A stretch of DNA of 64,000 nt from an uncultured delta proteobacterium (GCA_963845145.1 CAWJQU010000001.1:256001-320000); one strand, 5' to 3'; numbered from the stretch's first letter, positions 21,004 through 31,694 are shown. Translations and numbers: made by a program. The notes: generated by a model from the sequence alone, not told the origin.

Positions 21004-22377
21004 ATGTATGAGGCAGCTTTCGACAAGGAAAAACTATCGGGCTCATACGTACAAAAAATTTCACAATTGATAAAAGATAAATATCCCTGGGAAAGAGAAT
21101 ATATCCAGGCGGTCGACGAGCTTCTTTCGACATTGAGTCCCCTTTTTGACCAGGAGCCCCTCTATCAAGACGAACGTATCCTGGAAAGGATAGTCGAACC
21201 TGAGCGGATCGTTATCTTCAGGGTGCCCTGGCGGGACGCTACCGGCACCATTCAGGTTAACACCGGGTATCGAATCGGGTTTAACAGCGCGCTCGGACCA
21301 TACAAAGGCGGCTTGCGGTTCCATGCCTCGGTAACCCTGAGTATACTGAAATTTCTTGGCTTTGAGCAGATGTTCAAAAACGCCTTAACCGGTCTCTCTC
21401 TGGGTGGTGGCAAAGGTGGTAGCGATTTCAGCCCCCGTGGTAAATCCGATATCGAAATCGAAAATTTTTGCCAGAGCTTTATGATTGGTCTGTATAATCA
21501 TATTGGTCCCAATACCGATGTGCCCGCCGGCGATATCGGCGTAGGTGCCCGGGAAATCGGTTATTTATTTGGTCAATATAAACGTCTTAAAAATGTGTTT
21601 GAGGGCGTGTTGACCGGAAAAGGAACCGACTGGGGCGGTTCCGCTATCCGGCCGGAAGCCACAGGATACGGTGCCGTCTATTTTGCCGAAGAAATGTTGA
21701 AAACTCGCGGTGAGCACATCGATGGCAAAATAGTGGCCGTTTCAGGTTTTGGAAATGTTGCCTGGGGCGTAGCCAAAAAGATTACGGAAATGGGAGCCAA
21801 GGTGATCACACTTTCCGGACCGGATGGGTTTATCTATGACAAAGACGGTGTCCAGGGGGAAAAGATCGATTACATGTTGCGCATGCGCTCCAGCGGCCGC
21901 GACCAGGTGCAGGATTATTCCGATAAGTTTAAGGTTGATTTTTATCCGGAAAAACGCCCGTGGGGCGTCGAATGCGACATCGCCTTCCCCTGTGCCTGTG
22001 AAAATGAGATGGATGTCGAAGATGCTAAGGCGCTTGTCCGCAACGGATGCATGTGCGTCACCGAATGCGCCAATATGCCCTTAACTCCGGATGCCATCGA
22101 GTTTTTACTTGAAAGCAACATTCTCTATTCTCCCGGAAAAGCATCCAATGCCGGAGGTGTTGCCTGTTCCGGATTCGAAATGGCGCAAAATAGCACTAAA
22201 ATAAAGTGGACAGAGGAAGAGGTCGACCAAAGATTGCGGCAAGTGATGACCGACATTCACCGGAACTGCTTGCAGGCAGCTGAAAGATACGGCGAGCCTG
22301 GTAATTATTTCAGCGGAGCAAATATTGCGGGATTTATAAAAGTGGCAAACGCTATGCTTGATCAAGGCAATACTTGA
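21004..22377 (+). CDS. gdhA: NADP-specific glutamate dehydrogenase
   Basis: GPYKGGLRFH, GGGKGGSDF, DVPAGDIGVG, RPEATGYG, GANIAGFIKVA. Confidence 0.95.
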   Translation: MYEAAFDKEKLSGSYVQKISQLIKDKYPWEREYIQAVDELLSTLSPLFDQEPLYQDERILERIVEPERIVIFRVPWRDATGTIQVNTGYRIGFNSALGPYKGGLRFHASVTLSILKFLGFEQMFKNALTGLSLGGGKGGSDFSPRGKSDIEIENFCQSFMIGLYNHIGPNTDVPAGDIGVGAREIGYLFGQYKRLKNVFEGVLTGKGTDWGGSAIRPEATGYGAVYFAEEMLKTRGEHIDGKIVAVSGFGNVAWGVAKKITEMGAKVITLSGPDGFIYDKDGVQGEKIDYMLRMRSSGRDQVQDYSDKFKVDFYPEKRPWGVECDIAFPCACENEMDVEDAKALVRNGCMCVTECANMPLTPDAIEFLLESNILYSPGKASNAGGVACSGFEMAQNSTKIKWTEEEVDQRLRQVMTDIHRNCLQAAERYGEPGNYFSGANIAGFIKVANAMLDQGNT

Positions 22378-22467
22378 TTTTGGTTACTTCATCTCCATTT
22401 AATTTAATGGGAAAAAACACGATATTGACGGGATGTCAATAGGTTTTATGTGAACTCGCTCCAAACT

Positions 22468-22496
22468 AAAAGGCCCAATCAGAAGATTGGGCCTTT
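22468..22496. terminator. Hairpin, paralogous to the one downstream of tRNA-Asn
   Basis: AAAGGCCCAATC-AGAA-GATTGGGCCTTT; compare 48851-48886. Confidence 0.7.
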
Positions 22497-22504
22497 ATAA
22501 ATTT

Positions 22505-22549
22505 TGGCTCCCCTGTCCGCCTCAGGCGGGGACTCTACCAACTGAGCTA
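22505..22549 (-). pseudogene. Collapsed tRNA-Asn remnant containing one palindrome
   Basis: tggctcccc + tccgcctcaggcgg + ctctaccaactgagcta; the tRNA 3' end and D-arm are retained and the middle is lost. Confidence 0.8.
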
Positions 22550-22807
22550 TTACTTCAGAATCTTTGCTTTTATCCATTCTCTTCCCTTGCCACTTTTCAA
22601 AAATCGCTCCCTTTTCATCGCTTCCGCTCTCGTGGGATATTCTTCAGAATAAATGAGGTGCCATACCCCTTTTTGTTTATGAGTATACCTTTGGGATCCG
22701 GGTTCTTCCCTGTTGTGACGTTCAAGGCGTTTGGTCAGATCCGAGGTTTGGCCTTTGTAGAGTTTGCCGGAAGTATGGTTTTGGAGAATATAAACCCAAT
22801 AGGGCAT
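22550..22807 (-). CDS. Small GIY-YIG nuclease (copy 2, intact, 85 aa)
   Basis: YWVYIL…LYKGQTSDLTKRLERHN…YT…EAMKRERFLKSGKGREWIK. Confidence 0.9.
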   Translation of the reverse strand: MPYWVYILQNHTSGKLYKGQTSDLTKRLERHNREEPGSQRYTHKQKGVWHLIYSEEYPTRAEAMKRERFLKSGKGREWIKAKILK

Positions 22808-22820
22808 TTCAGGTTCATCC

Positions 22821-23420
22821 GGTTTTAGCGTACTTGACGATCAATAAATAAAGTGGACAATCAGGCTTTTTTCTTCTGACCTGCAAATCAAAAAGGAGAA
22901 ACCCTCATGTCCACAAGTCTGCTGTATCATGCTTTTGGCGTCTGTGGCTATTACCATGTAATACCAAATATAAAGAAGGCGCGGTGATTTTCGCTATCGA
23001 ACAAGATATAACCGCATTGCGATGTGCCCATTGCAACTCGCCGCTGGTGACCCGGCGAGGCCAAAAATGGCGGCAGTTTCGAACGGTGCCCATCGGTTCA
23101 CACACTGTATGGGTACGATTAGCTATCCAGAGAGATTTTTGTAAATTGTGTTGCCTGGTTCGTCAGGTAAAAATCCACTTTGTCGTTCCTCGCCGGAGCT
23201 ATACTCGGTCTTTTGAACGCTATGCCCTGGATTTGTCAAAGCATATGATCATCAAGGATGTTGCCCGGCATCTTGGTGTTAGCTGGGATGTGATCAAAGA
23301 GATCCAAAAACGCTACCTTAAAAAAAACATGGCCGATCCAGCCTTAAGGGTGTATCCCTCATAACTATAGATGAGATCAGCATCGGTAAGAATCATCTGT
23401 ATCCGTTGTTTTGGATTGTA
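22821..23420 (+). mobile_element. Truncated ISL3-family element (transposase pseudogene from 22907)
   Basis: MSTSLLYHAFG start, CxxC zinc finger, YTRSFERY, IKDVARHLGVSWD, IDEISIGK; frameshifted and truncated. Confidence 0.8.
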
Positions 23421-23711
23421 CATCGACTTTTTCTTTATCCGCTTTTGCCAATGTAGCGTAGATTCTTTTTCTGCAGCCAGCCTTCAAATCCGTAAGCCGT
23501 CCGTTCGAATCGGGCCGGGCGTACCAATTTTGTTCAAGTAGTTATGACCTTAGGACTGCAATCCCTTTTTTCATTTTGAGAGGATCTGTATAGGAAAAAT
23601 GAACCAATTTAAATTGTCAAACGGCACTTAATTCATCAACTTATTGAATTTATAACGTTTTTATGGTAATTAGAGAGAACTGTACAGCCAATCACTCTTG
23701 AGGAGTTACCT

Positions 23712-25229
23712 TTGGCGCTTTACAAATGGCAAATCTTCGGCCTTGTTTTTTTTTGCACTGTCATTTTATTATTTGGTGTCAAGCTGCTTATACAGCGGTC
23801 GCGACACGGCCGGGCAAAAGAGGCATTGCGCGTTAGTGAAGAAAGATATCGTTCGGTACTTGGCGGCTCTACCGACGGCCTCTGGGATTGGGACCTGTTG
23901 TCGGACACTGTTTTTTACTCGGATCGTTTTCTGGACATTCTTGGCGTTTCACCTGAAAATTTTCCGGGTAAAATAACCTCTTTTCGTCGCCGACTTCATC
24001 CCGATGATGCGAAAGCCACTTGGGCGGCCATCGAGCACCATCTTAATGACCGCATTCCCTTTAAAACCGAATACCGCCTGCGAACGGAATCGGGCGCTTA
24101 TCTGTGGTTTTTAGCACGCGGCCAGGCAGCCTGGGATCCTGAAGGAAATCCCGTCCGGATGTCGGGATGGATTCAGGACATCACCGAGCGAAAGGAAGCC
24201 GAACTCAATCTTCTGCATGCCCTTTCGGAAATAGAGAAATTAAAAGATAGACTCGAGGCGGAAAGGGCTTACCTGCAGGATGAAATTACGTTTCGATACA
24301 ACCACGAGAATATCGTCGGTCAAAGTGAGGCGCTCGCATATGTGCTGTACAAGGTAGAACAAATTGCCGCTACCGATACAACTGTGCTGGTTTTAGGCGA
24401 GACCGGTACCGGCAAGGAACTGGTTGCCAGGTCCATTCACAACCTTAGCCTGCGAAAAGATCACGCCCTAATAAAAATAAACTGCGCCGCCCTGCCGGCC
24501 AATCTTATCGACAGCGAGCTTTTCGGCCACGAGAAAGGCGCTTTTACCGGTGCCCATGCCAAACAGCGCGGGCGCTTTGAAGTGGCGAATGGTAAAACCC
24601 TTTTTTTAGATGAGATCGGCGAACTGCCGTTGGATTTGCAACCCAAACTGCTAAGGGTGCTCCAGGATGGCGAGTTTGAACGGCTGGGAAGCACCAAAAC
24701 GATCAAAGTCGATGTGAGAGTGATTGCGGCCACCAACCGCCATCTCGAAAAGGAGGTCCGCGAGGGGCGTTTTCGGGAAGATCTGTGGTACCGGTTGAAT
24801 ATTTTTCCGATTACCGTACCTCCTTTGCGTGAGCGCAGTGAAGATATTCCCCAGCTGGTCGATTACTTTGTCAAATTAATTTCCAAAAGGTTGGGCAAGT
24901 CCATTGCGGGTATTCCAACGACCGTGATGGAAGCGTTGCAGAATTATCACTGGCCTGGCAACATACGTGAACTTGGAAACGTTCTCGAACGGGCGGTGAT
25001 CAACTCATCAGGACCCAAACTGCACCTGGTAGACGACCTTAAAAAGCCGAACAAGGGTTTAACAGAACCGAACCAGACCCTTGCAGATATTGAACGGGAG
25101 TATATCGTTCGCGTATTAGAGCAAACCCAGTGGAAAGTGAGCGGTAAAAACAGCGCGGCCGAGATCCTTGGTCTTGAGCGCAGCACATTGCGCGCGCGCA
25201 TGCGTAAATTAGGTATTCGAAAGCAGTAA
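23712..25229 (+). CDS. PAS-domain sigma54-dependent Fis-family activator (possibly 5'-truncated)
   Basis: TM helix, PAS/PAC (DGLWDWD), GETGTGKE, GAFTGA, HTH; no good RBS. Confidence 0.85.
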   Translation: MALYKWQIFGLVFFCTVILLFGVKLLIQRSRHGRAKEALRVSEERYRSVLGGSTDGLWDWDLLSDTVFYSDRFLDILGVSPENFPGKITSFRRRLHPDDAKATWAAIEHHLNDRIPFKTEYRLRTESGAYLWFLARGQAAWDPEGNPVRMSGWIQDITERKEAELNLLHALSEIEKLKDRLEAERAYLQDEITFRYNHENIVGQSEALAYVLYKVEQIAATDTTVLVLGETGTGKELVARSIHNLSLRKDHALIKINCAALPANLIDSELFGHEKGAFTGAHAKQRGRFEVANGKTLFLDEIGELPLDLQPKLLRVLQDGEFERLGSTKTIKVDVRVIAATNRHLEKEVREGRFREDLWYRLNIFPITVPPLRERSEDIPQLVDYFVKLISKRLGKSIAGIPTTVMEALQNYHWPGNIRELGNVLERAVINSSGPKLHLVDDLKKPNKGLTEPNQTLADIEREYIVRVLEQTQWKVSGKNSAAEILGLERSTLRARMRKLGIRKQ

Positions 25230-25345
25230 TTTTATTTCCACCCCGAGACCCGAATAGGTCTCTCTTCTCAAACCATCCTCCAAAGTTAGACTGTGCCTTC
25301 CATTATGCCACAGCCACCTGGCCCACGACATCGAACGATTGAATG

Positions 25346-25378
25346 AGGTTAAATATGACCTTTGGTCAAATATGACCT
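25346..25378. promoter_or_regulatory. Tandem palindromic activator sites
   Basis: AGGTTAAATATGACCT and TGGTCAAATATGACCT (GGTYA-N4-TGACC twice), ~100-130 bp upstream of a sigma54-like promoter. Confidence 0.6.
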
Positions 25379-25475
25379 CATTTGTTTGCCTGTTTGACAC
25401 CTTAGAAGAATCAATTTTTTGCAATTCTTCCAATAAATTAGAATGTTGCATGAAACAAACAACGCCTGCAAAAAT

Positions 25476-25490
25476 TGGCACGAAACTTGA
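25476..25490 (+). promoter_or_regulatory. Sigma54-like promoter
   Basis: TGGCACGAAACTTGA: perfect -24 box, -12 variant TTGA. Confidence 0.5.
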
Positions 25491-25770
25491 TTGTTTATAA
25501 AAGAGCTGAAAATGCCAGAAGCGTCCTATAACCAAGAAAGAAACTAAACCTGTTTCGGATCTTGCCTTGCAACCCGTTTCGAGTTTAGGCGAGGGCGAGG
25601 TTAAAGTTTCAGAACTTTGCTACCGCAGACTTTTTGAGGCCGCCCAAGACGGTATCTTGATTATTGATGCCGATAGTGGCCGCATATGGCATTTTTGCCG
25701 ATGTTAATTGGCGCCATCATAATTTATGTGGTGGGTATATATAACCTTCATAATTAAATGAGGAGGGGTT

Positions 25771-26190
25771 ATGTTTAAAAAATTACCAAGTGGGTTGGAT
25801 ATGGCGATCCAAAAAGCAGTGGAGCAAGCGAGGGATACAAACTATTTTGAGGCCAGTACAACCGGTCGTGGGGTTTATCCTTTCATCAATTTGTTTGAGA
25901 AGGAAGGGGACTTGGTGTTGGCCGCTGAATTGCCTGGAGTAAAAAAAGAGGAATTGACTTTGGAAATAAGAGAAGATGTTCTGCGTCTGGCCGGTGCACG
26001 TAAAATTGAGTATGGCGAAGATTGCAGTTGCCATCGTCTGGAACGTAAAGGGTTAAACTTTGATCGTTCCATAAAATTGCCTTTTCGTATAGAGGGGGGC
26101 AAGATCCACGCAGACTTTGAGAATGGATTGTTAATGGTGAGTCTGCCACGGGCAGAGGCGGACAAACCCAAACAAATTGTTATCAACTAA
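25771..26190 (+). CDS. Hsp20 small heat-shock protein
   Basis: YPFINL, AELPGV, F-RSIKLP, ENGLLMVSLP alpha-crystallin motifs. Confidence 0.9.
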   Translation: MFKKLPSGLDMAIQKAVEQARDTNYFEASTTGRGVYPFINLFEKEGDLVLAAELPGVKKEELTLEIREDVLRLAGARKIEYGEDCSCHRLERKGLNFDRSIKLPFRIEGGKIHADFENGLLMVSLPRAEADKPKQIVIN

Positions 26191-26213
26191 TTTGGATGAA
26201 TAAGGAGGATACC

Positions 26214-26621
26214 ATGGCTGAAAATCAAGTAGTCACCAAAACCGAAGCTCAAGATCTGCAAAAGCAGGAGCATAAAGAAGAACGAACTGTCCCGGGACGA
26301 TTTTTTATTCCACAGACCGATATTGTAGAAAATAAAGAAAGTCTGGTTATAACGATGGATCTGCCTGGAGTAAAGAAAGAGGATGTGAACATTAAATTGG
26401 AGAATAATCTACTTGAGGTAGAAGGCCGGATTGATTATGCACCCTATGAAAAACTCAATCCTGTATATACTGAGTACAACATAGGCAATTATGCGCGAAG
26501 ATTTACTGTCTCCAATGCGCTCGATACCAGTAATATCGAGGCTGTTCTTAGAGACGGGGTCCTATCCCTGACGTTACTCAAGGCGCCTGAAGCAAAACCG
26601 AGGGAAATTTCTGTCAAATAA
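26214..26621 (+). CDS. Hsp20 small heat-shock protein
   Basis: RBS AAGGAGG; PQTDIVE, DLPGV, YARRF, DGVLSLTL. Confidence 0.9.
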   Translation: MAENQVVTKTEAQDLQKQEHKEERTVPGRFFIPQTDIVENKESLVITMDLPGVKKEDVNIKLENNLLEVEGRIDYAPYEKLNPVYTEYNIGNYARRFTVSNALDTSNIEAVLRDGVLSLTLLKAPEAKPREISVK

Positions 26622-26779
26622 AATGCTCAGTAGGAACGTACTGCATTTGCTCCAGCGTACCAGCGTTCCTACTAAGTTTAATTTCCTCAAACTCTCTTTT
26701 ATCGACCGATAACAAAGCCGGAAAGGCGGACGCGTAGTTAAATGATGAGTTAACCATTACTTTTGTGGACAACTGAACT

Positions 26780-27952
26780 TTGGCCCAGTTTATTTCAAAC
26801 AATAAAATCAATCTGTTGCAAAATGGTGAGGAGTATTTTCCAGCAATGGAAGCGGCGCTGGACCGTGCGATGCATGAAATTTACCTGGAAAGCTATATTT
26901 TCGAAAATGACAATACCGGAAAGCGCATTGTGGAAGCGCTTAGACGGGCAGCTTTTCGCGGCGTAAAAACCCATATGCTGATCGATGGCTTCGGATCGAA
27001 TCGTTTTCCGAAAACCATGATCAATTACCTTGAAGCGGCCGGCGTAATGGTGCTGAAGTTTCGGCCCAAGATATCGCCTTGGACGCTACGACGACGGAGA
27101 TTGCGCCGTCTGCACCGGAAAATTGTGGTCGTGGACCGGGATATTGCTTTTGTTGGCGGTATTAATATTGTCGATGATATGGGTGTGGCCAATCAAACTT
27201 CGCCCCGTTATGACTACGCTGTCAGCGTGGAGGGGCCGCTGGTGGAAGGCATTCATGCTTCCGCCAGACATGTGTGGTCTCGAGTCGCCTGGAGGCGAAT
27301 GCGTAACTACTGGAAGCGGAATGTAGCCGGGCACGCTTCTTCGAGCGAACCCCGTGGGCGCATGCGTGCTACTTTTCTGCTGCGGGATAACATCCACCAT
27401 CGTCGCGATATCGAAGATGCCTATCTACAGGCGATCGATCAGGCGCGATACGAAATTATTCTTGCCAGTGCCTACTTTTTGCCCGGATTGAATTTTCGAC
27501 ATGCGCTTTTGGATGCGGCCAGGCGAGGTGTCCGGGTGGTTTTACTGTTGCAGGGAAAGATGGATCACCCGTTGCTTCATTATGCCTCACATGCCCTATA
27601 TGGCAATTTCCTCGATGCAGGGATTGAGATCTATGAATACCGCAAGAGCCTATTGCACGCCAAAGTTGCAGTGATTGATGAACATTGGGCCACGGTGGGG
27701 TCCTCAAACCTTGACCCTTTCAGTCTGCTGCTTTCTCTCGAAGCCAATGTCATCGTTGACGATGGGAATTTTGCCAATGAATTGAAATACAGCCTGGAGC
27801 AGGCTGTCAAAATGGGAGCAGGACGCGTAAATGAGAAAAATTTGAGAGCGCAGACAACAAGAATGCGGCTGGCAAGTTGGCTCAGTTACGGTTTAGTGCG
27901 ATTTTTGATAGGAATCGCGGGATATGCTCCAGGAAAAAGCAAGGCCCACTAA
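26780..27952 (+). CDS. clsB: Cardiolipin synthase ClsB
   Basis: Two HKD motifs (HRKIVVVD, HAKVAVID), GSSNLDPFSL, no N-terminal TM. Confidence 0.85.
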   Translation: MAQFISNNKINLLQNGEEYFPAMEAALDRAMHEIYLESYIFENDNTGKRIVEALRRAAFRGVKTHMLIDGFGSNRFPKTMINYLEAAGVMVLKFRPKISPWTLRRRRLRRLHRKIVVVDRDIAFVGGINIVDDMGVANQTSPRYDYAVSVEGPLVEGIHASARHVWSRVAWRRMRNYWKRNVAGHASSSEPRGRMRATFLLRDNIHHRRDIEDAYLQAIDQARYEIILASAYFLPGLNFRHALLDAARRGVRVVLLLQGKMDHPLLHYASHALYGNFLDAGIEIYEYRKSLLHAKVAVIDEHWATVGSSNLDPFSLLLSLEANVIVDDGNFANELKYSLEQAVKMGAGRVNEKNLRAQTTRMRLASWLSYGLVRFLIGIAGYAPGKSKAH

Positions 27953-28018
27953 AGCCGATCGAAAAGGCAGCTTGAATGGCAGGCGCGTCAGTCACTGTAT
28001 ACCAAATCGGGATGTGTA

Positions 28019-29332
28019 ATGAAAACCTACCAGGATATAAAATCGGCAGCGACCATTGATGCGGCAATCCCCTATACTGAAACGCTGCTGGGTATTCGTT
28101 TCAAGAATACCAAAAAGAATCGGTACAGCGCTCCATGCCCATTCCACGCCGACACCAAAGAGAGTTTCATGGTGTATGTTAATAAAGAGGATGAGGTCCG
28201 TTTCCACTGCTTCGGTGCCTGTAAAGGCGATTGGGACATTTACGACCTGATTATGCTGCGTAAGAAATATCGGTTCAGAAAGGCACAGCAGGTTTGGGCT
28301 AAGCATCTGGGTGTCGCGGATTTCAAGTTTGATGCCGGCAGCAGCTCCTGTATTCCTGAACCTGATGAGACACCAGAGCCCGATGATCCGGTTGGTTTTG
28401 TTAAAGCGATGAAAAGTGATCCAAAAAATGTTACCGCTTTGGAAGCTGCCGCCGATTTCTACAATGACCTTTTGATGTCAAATGAAAACCGATTCAAGCA
28501 CATTTGGGATTATCTTGCCCGCCGGGGCGTCGGAAAAGACGCCATAAAAAAGTTTAACATCGGCTACGCCCCTCCTTACAGTGATGAACAGCGCCAAGGC
28601 AGGGCGCTGATAGATAGCTTCCTACCGCGCTTTGAAAAGGATAACGAGACCTTCAATGCCTTCACGGATGCCGGCTTGGCCAGATTGTTAAACGACAACA
28701 GCGTCAATGGATATGGATACTATTGCCGGCAGATCGATTTCAGACGCAAATATCCGTTTTCAAGAAATTACGGTGATTCTTTAGCCGGACGGATAGTGTT
28801 TCCTATTTATGATTCAAATGTTCTCACGACTGGATTGGTCGGCAGACACCCGGGCGACAGGGGCGTTCGCTGGCTCAAACAACAGAGCAGAGAAGTTCCC
28901 CTTTCCGATAGAGCCTGGCTTTACGGCATTGAAAAGGCAGCGCTGTATATCCGGCAATACCGGACAATCATTCTGGTGGAGGGCATCTTTGATTATTTTG
29001 CCCTCTACAACCTGCTCCAGGACCAGGACAAACCGGTCGTGGTTTCGACACTGGGCTCCTATGTCACCACCGAGGCGACGACGATTCTTATGAGCCTTGA
29101 TATCGAGCACTTCATTGTCGCGTACAATTGGGACGAACTCGGCAGAAACGGCATCGAACGGATGGCAGCCAAATCAAACGGGTGGGTCTATTACCTTGGC
29201 GGCCCGGCTAAAGATCAGGATCCTTACGATATGTTGCAGCCAGCGATCAAGGGCATCAGTGGCTTTTCCCTGAAACCTATGATGACCGATGCACCGGCAA
29301 ACAATAGGAGGAAAAAAAGGCTGATATCATAA
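28019..29332 (+). CDS. DnaG-like primase (CHC2 zinc finger + TOPRIM)
   Basis: CPFHAD…FHCFGAC, YLARRG, IGYAP, RIVFPI, LVEGIFD. Confidence 0.8.
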   Translation: MKTYQDIKSAATIDAAIPYTETLLGIRFKNTKKNRYSAPCPFHADTKESFMVYVNKEDEVRFHCFGACKGDWDIYDLIMLRKKYRFRKAQQVWAKHLGVADFKFDAGSSSCIPEPDETPEPDDPVGFVKAMKSDPKNVTALEAAADFYNDLLMSNENRFKHIWDYLARRGVGKDAIKKFNIGYAPPYSDEQRQGRALIDSFLPRFEKDNETFNAFTDAGLARLLNDNSVNGYGYYCRQIDFRRKYPFSRNYGDSLAGRIVFPIYDSNVLTTGLVGRHPGDRGVRWLKQQSREVPLSDRAWLYGIEKAALYIRQYRTIILVEGIFDYFALYNLLQDQDKPVVVSTLGSYVTTEATTILMSLDIEHFIVAYNWDELGRNGIERMAAKSNGWVYYLGGPAKDQDPYDMLQPAIKGISGFSLKPMMTDAPANNRRKKRLIS

Positions 29333-29400
29333 TGTTCAGCGTCGCCCCCTATTGCAATCATCCGTAATGGAAGAACAGCTTCAGACTATGGAGAATAAAC

Positions 29401-29637
29401 ATGAATGTTAAAATTATTACCAGCATAATCCTGGCCGGACTGGCGGTCGTATTAATCATCCAGAATGTCGTGGTAGTGGAGCTCAGATTATTTTTCTGGA
29501 CACTGTCGATGTCCAGGGCATTGTTGATGTTCCTCATTTTGTCGGTGGGAATCATCCTGGGCTGGCTGCTGCGCGCAACCTACAATCGAAGAAAAAGCAA
29601 TTCCCACACCAAACACGACGCTGTTGTTGCCGAATAG
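29401..29637 (+). CDS. LapA/DUF1049 family small membrane protein
   Basis: Two TM helices with the IIQN…V.L.LFFW motif. Confidence 0.7.
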   Translation: MNVKIITSIILAGLAVVLIIQNVVVVELRLFFWTLSMSRALLMFLILSVGIILGWLLRATYNRRKSNSHTKHDAVVAE

Positions 29638-29761
29638 AGGATTACTTGGTGGCTCCAAAGCAAGTTACGCGTTCTTCTAATTGGAGGAATATGAGCGGAA
29701 AAAATAGCCATGGAATCATAATCCGATCAGCATCAACACCGGAGATGGCGATGTCATCGCC

Positions 29762-30036
29762 ATGAAGGACAGGATTATGGAAAAGAATATACCGCGCCAC
29801 CTCTGTTTCCCCATTTGCAGGAGCGCCTCGCAGGTTTGGAGGCGCTGGCGGAAAATCTCTGGTGGAGCTGGAATCCGGGTGCCCGCATGCTGTTTAAGAC
29901 ACTCGACCGACAGGCCTGGAAGGAAAGCGGCCACAACCCAGACAAAATGCTCAGAGAGTTACCCAGCGAGATTCTGGATAAGGCCAGCGATGATATGGAG
30001 AAAAGAGAATTCAAAGTGGTAGTATTTGTTGTGTAA
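29762..30036 (+). pseudogene. glgP: Glycogen phosphorylase N-terminal fragment
   Basis: ERLAGLEALAENLWWSWNPGARMLFKTLD…W…HNP (DUF3417 region), ending abruptly near 29995. Confidence 0.8.
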
Positions 30037-30054
30037 TAGAATTGGAGGGAATAA

Positions 30055-30854
30055 GTGCCGATATTCCAACGTGCCATTTTGACCCATGGAGGAGCTGGCT
30101 CGGATATACAAGATTCCGATGGTCCACAGTCAGCGGCCAAGGTAGGAATGGATTTATTGAGAAATAGCAAACCAGCTTTAAATGCTGTGGTTCATGCTGT
30201 GAGATATTTAGAAGATGACCCCCGGTTCAATGCCGGGCTTGGCTCACAACTCCGAGCCGATGGCTGCACGATTCAGATGGATGCGTCATGCATGACGAGT
30301 AGCGGGGAATTTGGAGCTGTTGCCGGCGTTGAAGGCATTCAAAACCCTGTTGATTTAGCCCAGGGGGTATTGCTTCATTCTCCATATATCCTTCTGGTGG
30401 GGGATGGTGCCCGGTTTTTTGCAGAAGAACACAATATACCCTTAATATATATAGGTAATCCGGATCAGAGGCATACACGCCCCCCTTCTTGCGATACGGT
30501 GGGAGCTGTTGCCTTTGATGGGACAACATTTGCTGCCGCCCTGAGTTCTGGGGGCTGGAAAAAGCGGCCATCGGACGAGTGGGTGATGTGCCCTTTCCTG
30601 GATGTGGCCTGTTTTGTGGCCCTGCGGGAGCAGTTGCCTGCACCGGAGATGGTGAATTTATCGCCATTAAAATTCTGGCCAAAGAAGTTTACGGTTGGCT
30701 GGAAAGAAAGATGAGTCCAAAAGAAGCCGCACAAAAGGCGATGACGCTGTTCGACGATTCTGTTGATGTCGGACTCATCATTTTAACCCCAAACGAATTT
30801 GCATCAAATGCTCGTAATGGCATGGCGTGGTCATATCTAACGGAGATTAATTAA
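30055..30854 (+). CDS. iaaA: Isoaspartyl peptidase/L-asparaginase (frameshift near 30555)
   Basis: THGGAG, LEDDPRFNAG, DTVGAVA nucleophile, GRVGD/CTGDGE in the second frame. Confidence 0.85.
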
Positions 30855-30856
30855 TT

Positions 30857-31675
30857 ATGGCATTTAATCCTTATTTTTTAGGGCGTCTCATTGCAATCGG
30901 TGGGAATGAAGACAAGGCGAATGAATTAGTTGTACTTAAACGAGTTGTTCAAGAAGTTGGAAAGACCGATTACAAAGTCGGTGTAATCACTACAGCAAGC
31001 GAAGACCCTGAACTAAGGGGCAAAGATTATCATAAAGTATTTACCACCCTTGGAGCATCTTTAGTAGAAATATTAAATATTAAAGAAAGATCTCAAGCAA
31101 ACGACAAACAAATAGCCCAAAGCCTCGAAGATGTTGATTTGGTTTTTTTTACCGGAGGTGACCAATTGCGACTAACAACGATTATGGGAGGATCAAAGGT
31201 CCTTCAGGCCATTCAGAACCGGCTTGAAGCTGGAGCCCTTATCGCCGGTACCAGCGCCGGGGCTGCCGTGTTTTCCGATACCATGATTTATGAAGGAAAA
31301 AGTGAAGAAGGGTTATTCAAAGGAAGCGTTCTCACGACATCCGGATTTGGTTTCGTGGAAAAAATCATTTTTGATACTCATTTTATGGCGAGAGGCCGCA
31401 TTGGGCGTCTGATTCAGATTGTTACAACAAATCCGACCTGTATCGGGGTTGGTATTGGTGAAGATTCAGGGGTTGTTCTCAAGGGAGATGGGGTTGCCGA
31501 GGTTGTTGGCACAGGACAGGTCATTATCGTTGATGGTAGCGATATCGGGCATTCCAATATAATGAATATCAAACCGGGCGAGCCAATTGCCGTAGAAAAT
31601 GTTCGAATTCATTCGATAGTGAATGGATATCGGTACAATTTCAAAAAACGGCAGTTTTTAACACCCGCATCATAA
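30857..31675 (+). CDS. cphB: Cyanophycinase
   Basis: IGGNEDK, FTGGDQLR, GTSAGA, DTHF.ARGRIGRL, GIGED. Confidence 0.92.
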   Translation: MAFNPYFLGRLIAIGGNEDKANELVVLKRVVQEVGKTDYKVGVITTASEDPELRGKDYHKVFTTLGASLVEILNIKERSQANDKQIAQSLEDVDLVFFTGGDQLRLTTIMGGSKVLQAIQNRLEAGALIAGTSAGAAVFSDTMIYEGKSEEGLFKGSVLTTSGFGFVEKIIFDTHFMARGRIGRLIQIVTTNPTCIGVGIGEDSGVVLKGDGVAEVVGTGQVIIVDGSDIGHSNIMNIKPGEPIAVENVRIHSIVNGYRYNFKKRQFLTPAS

Positions 31676-31694
31676 TAAAAACAAAGGAATCTGG

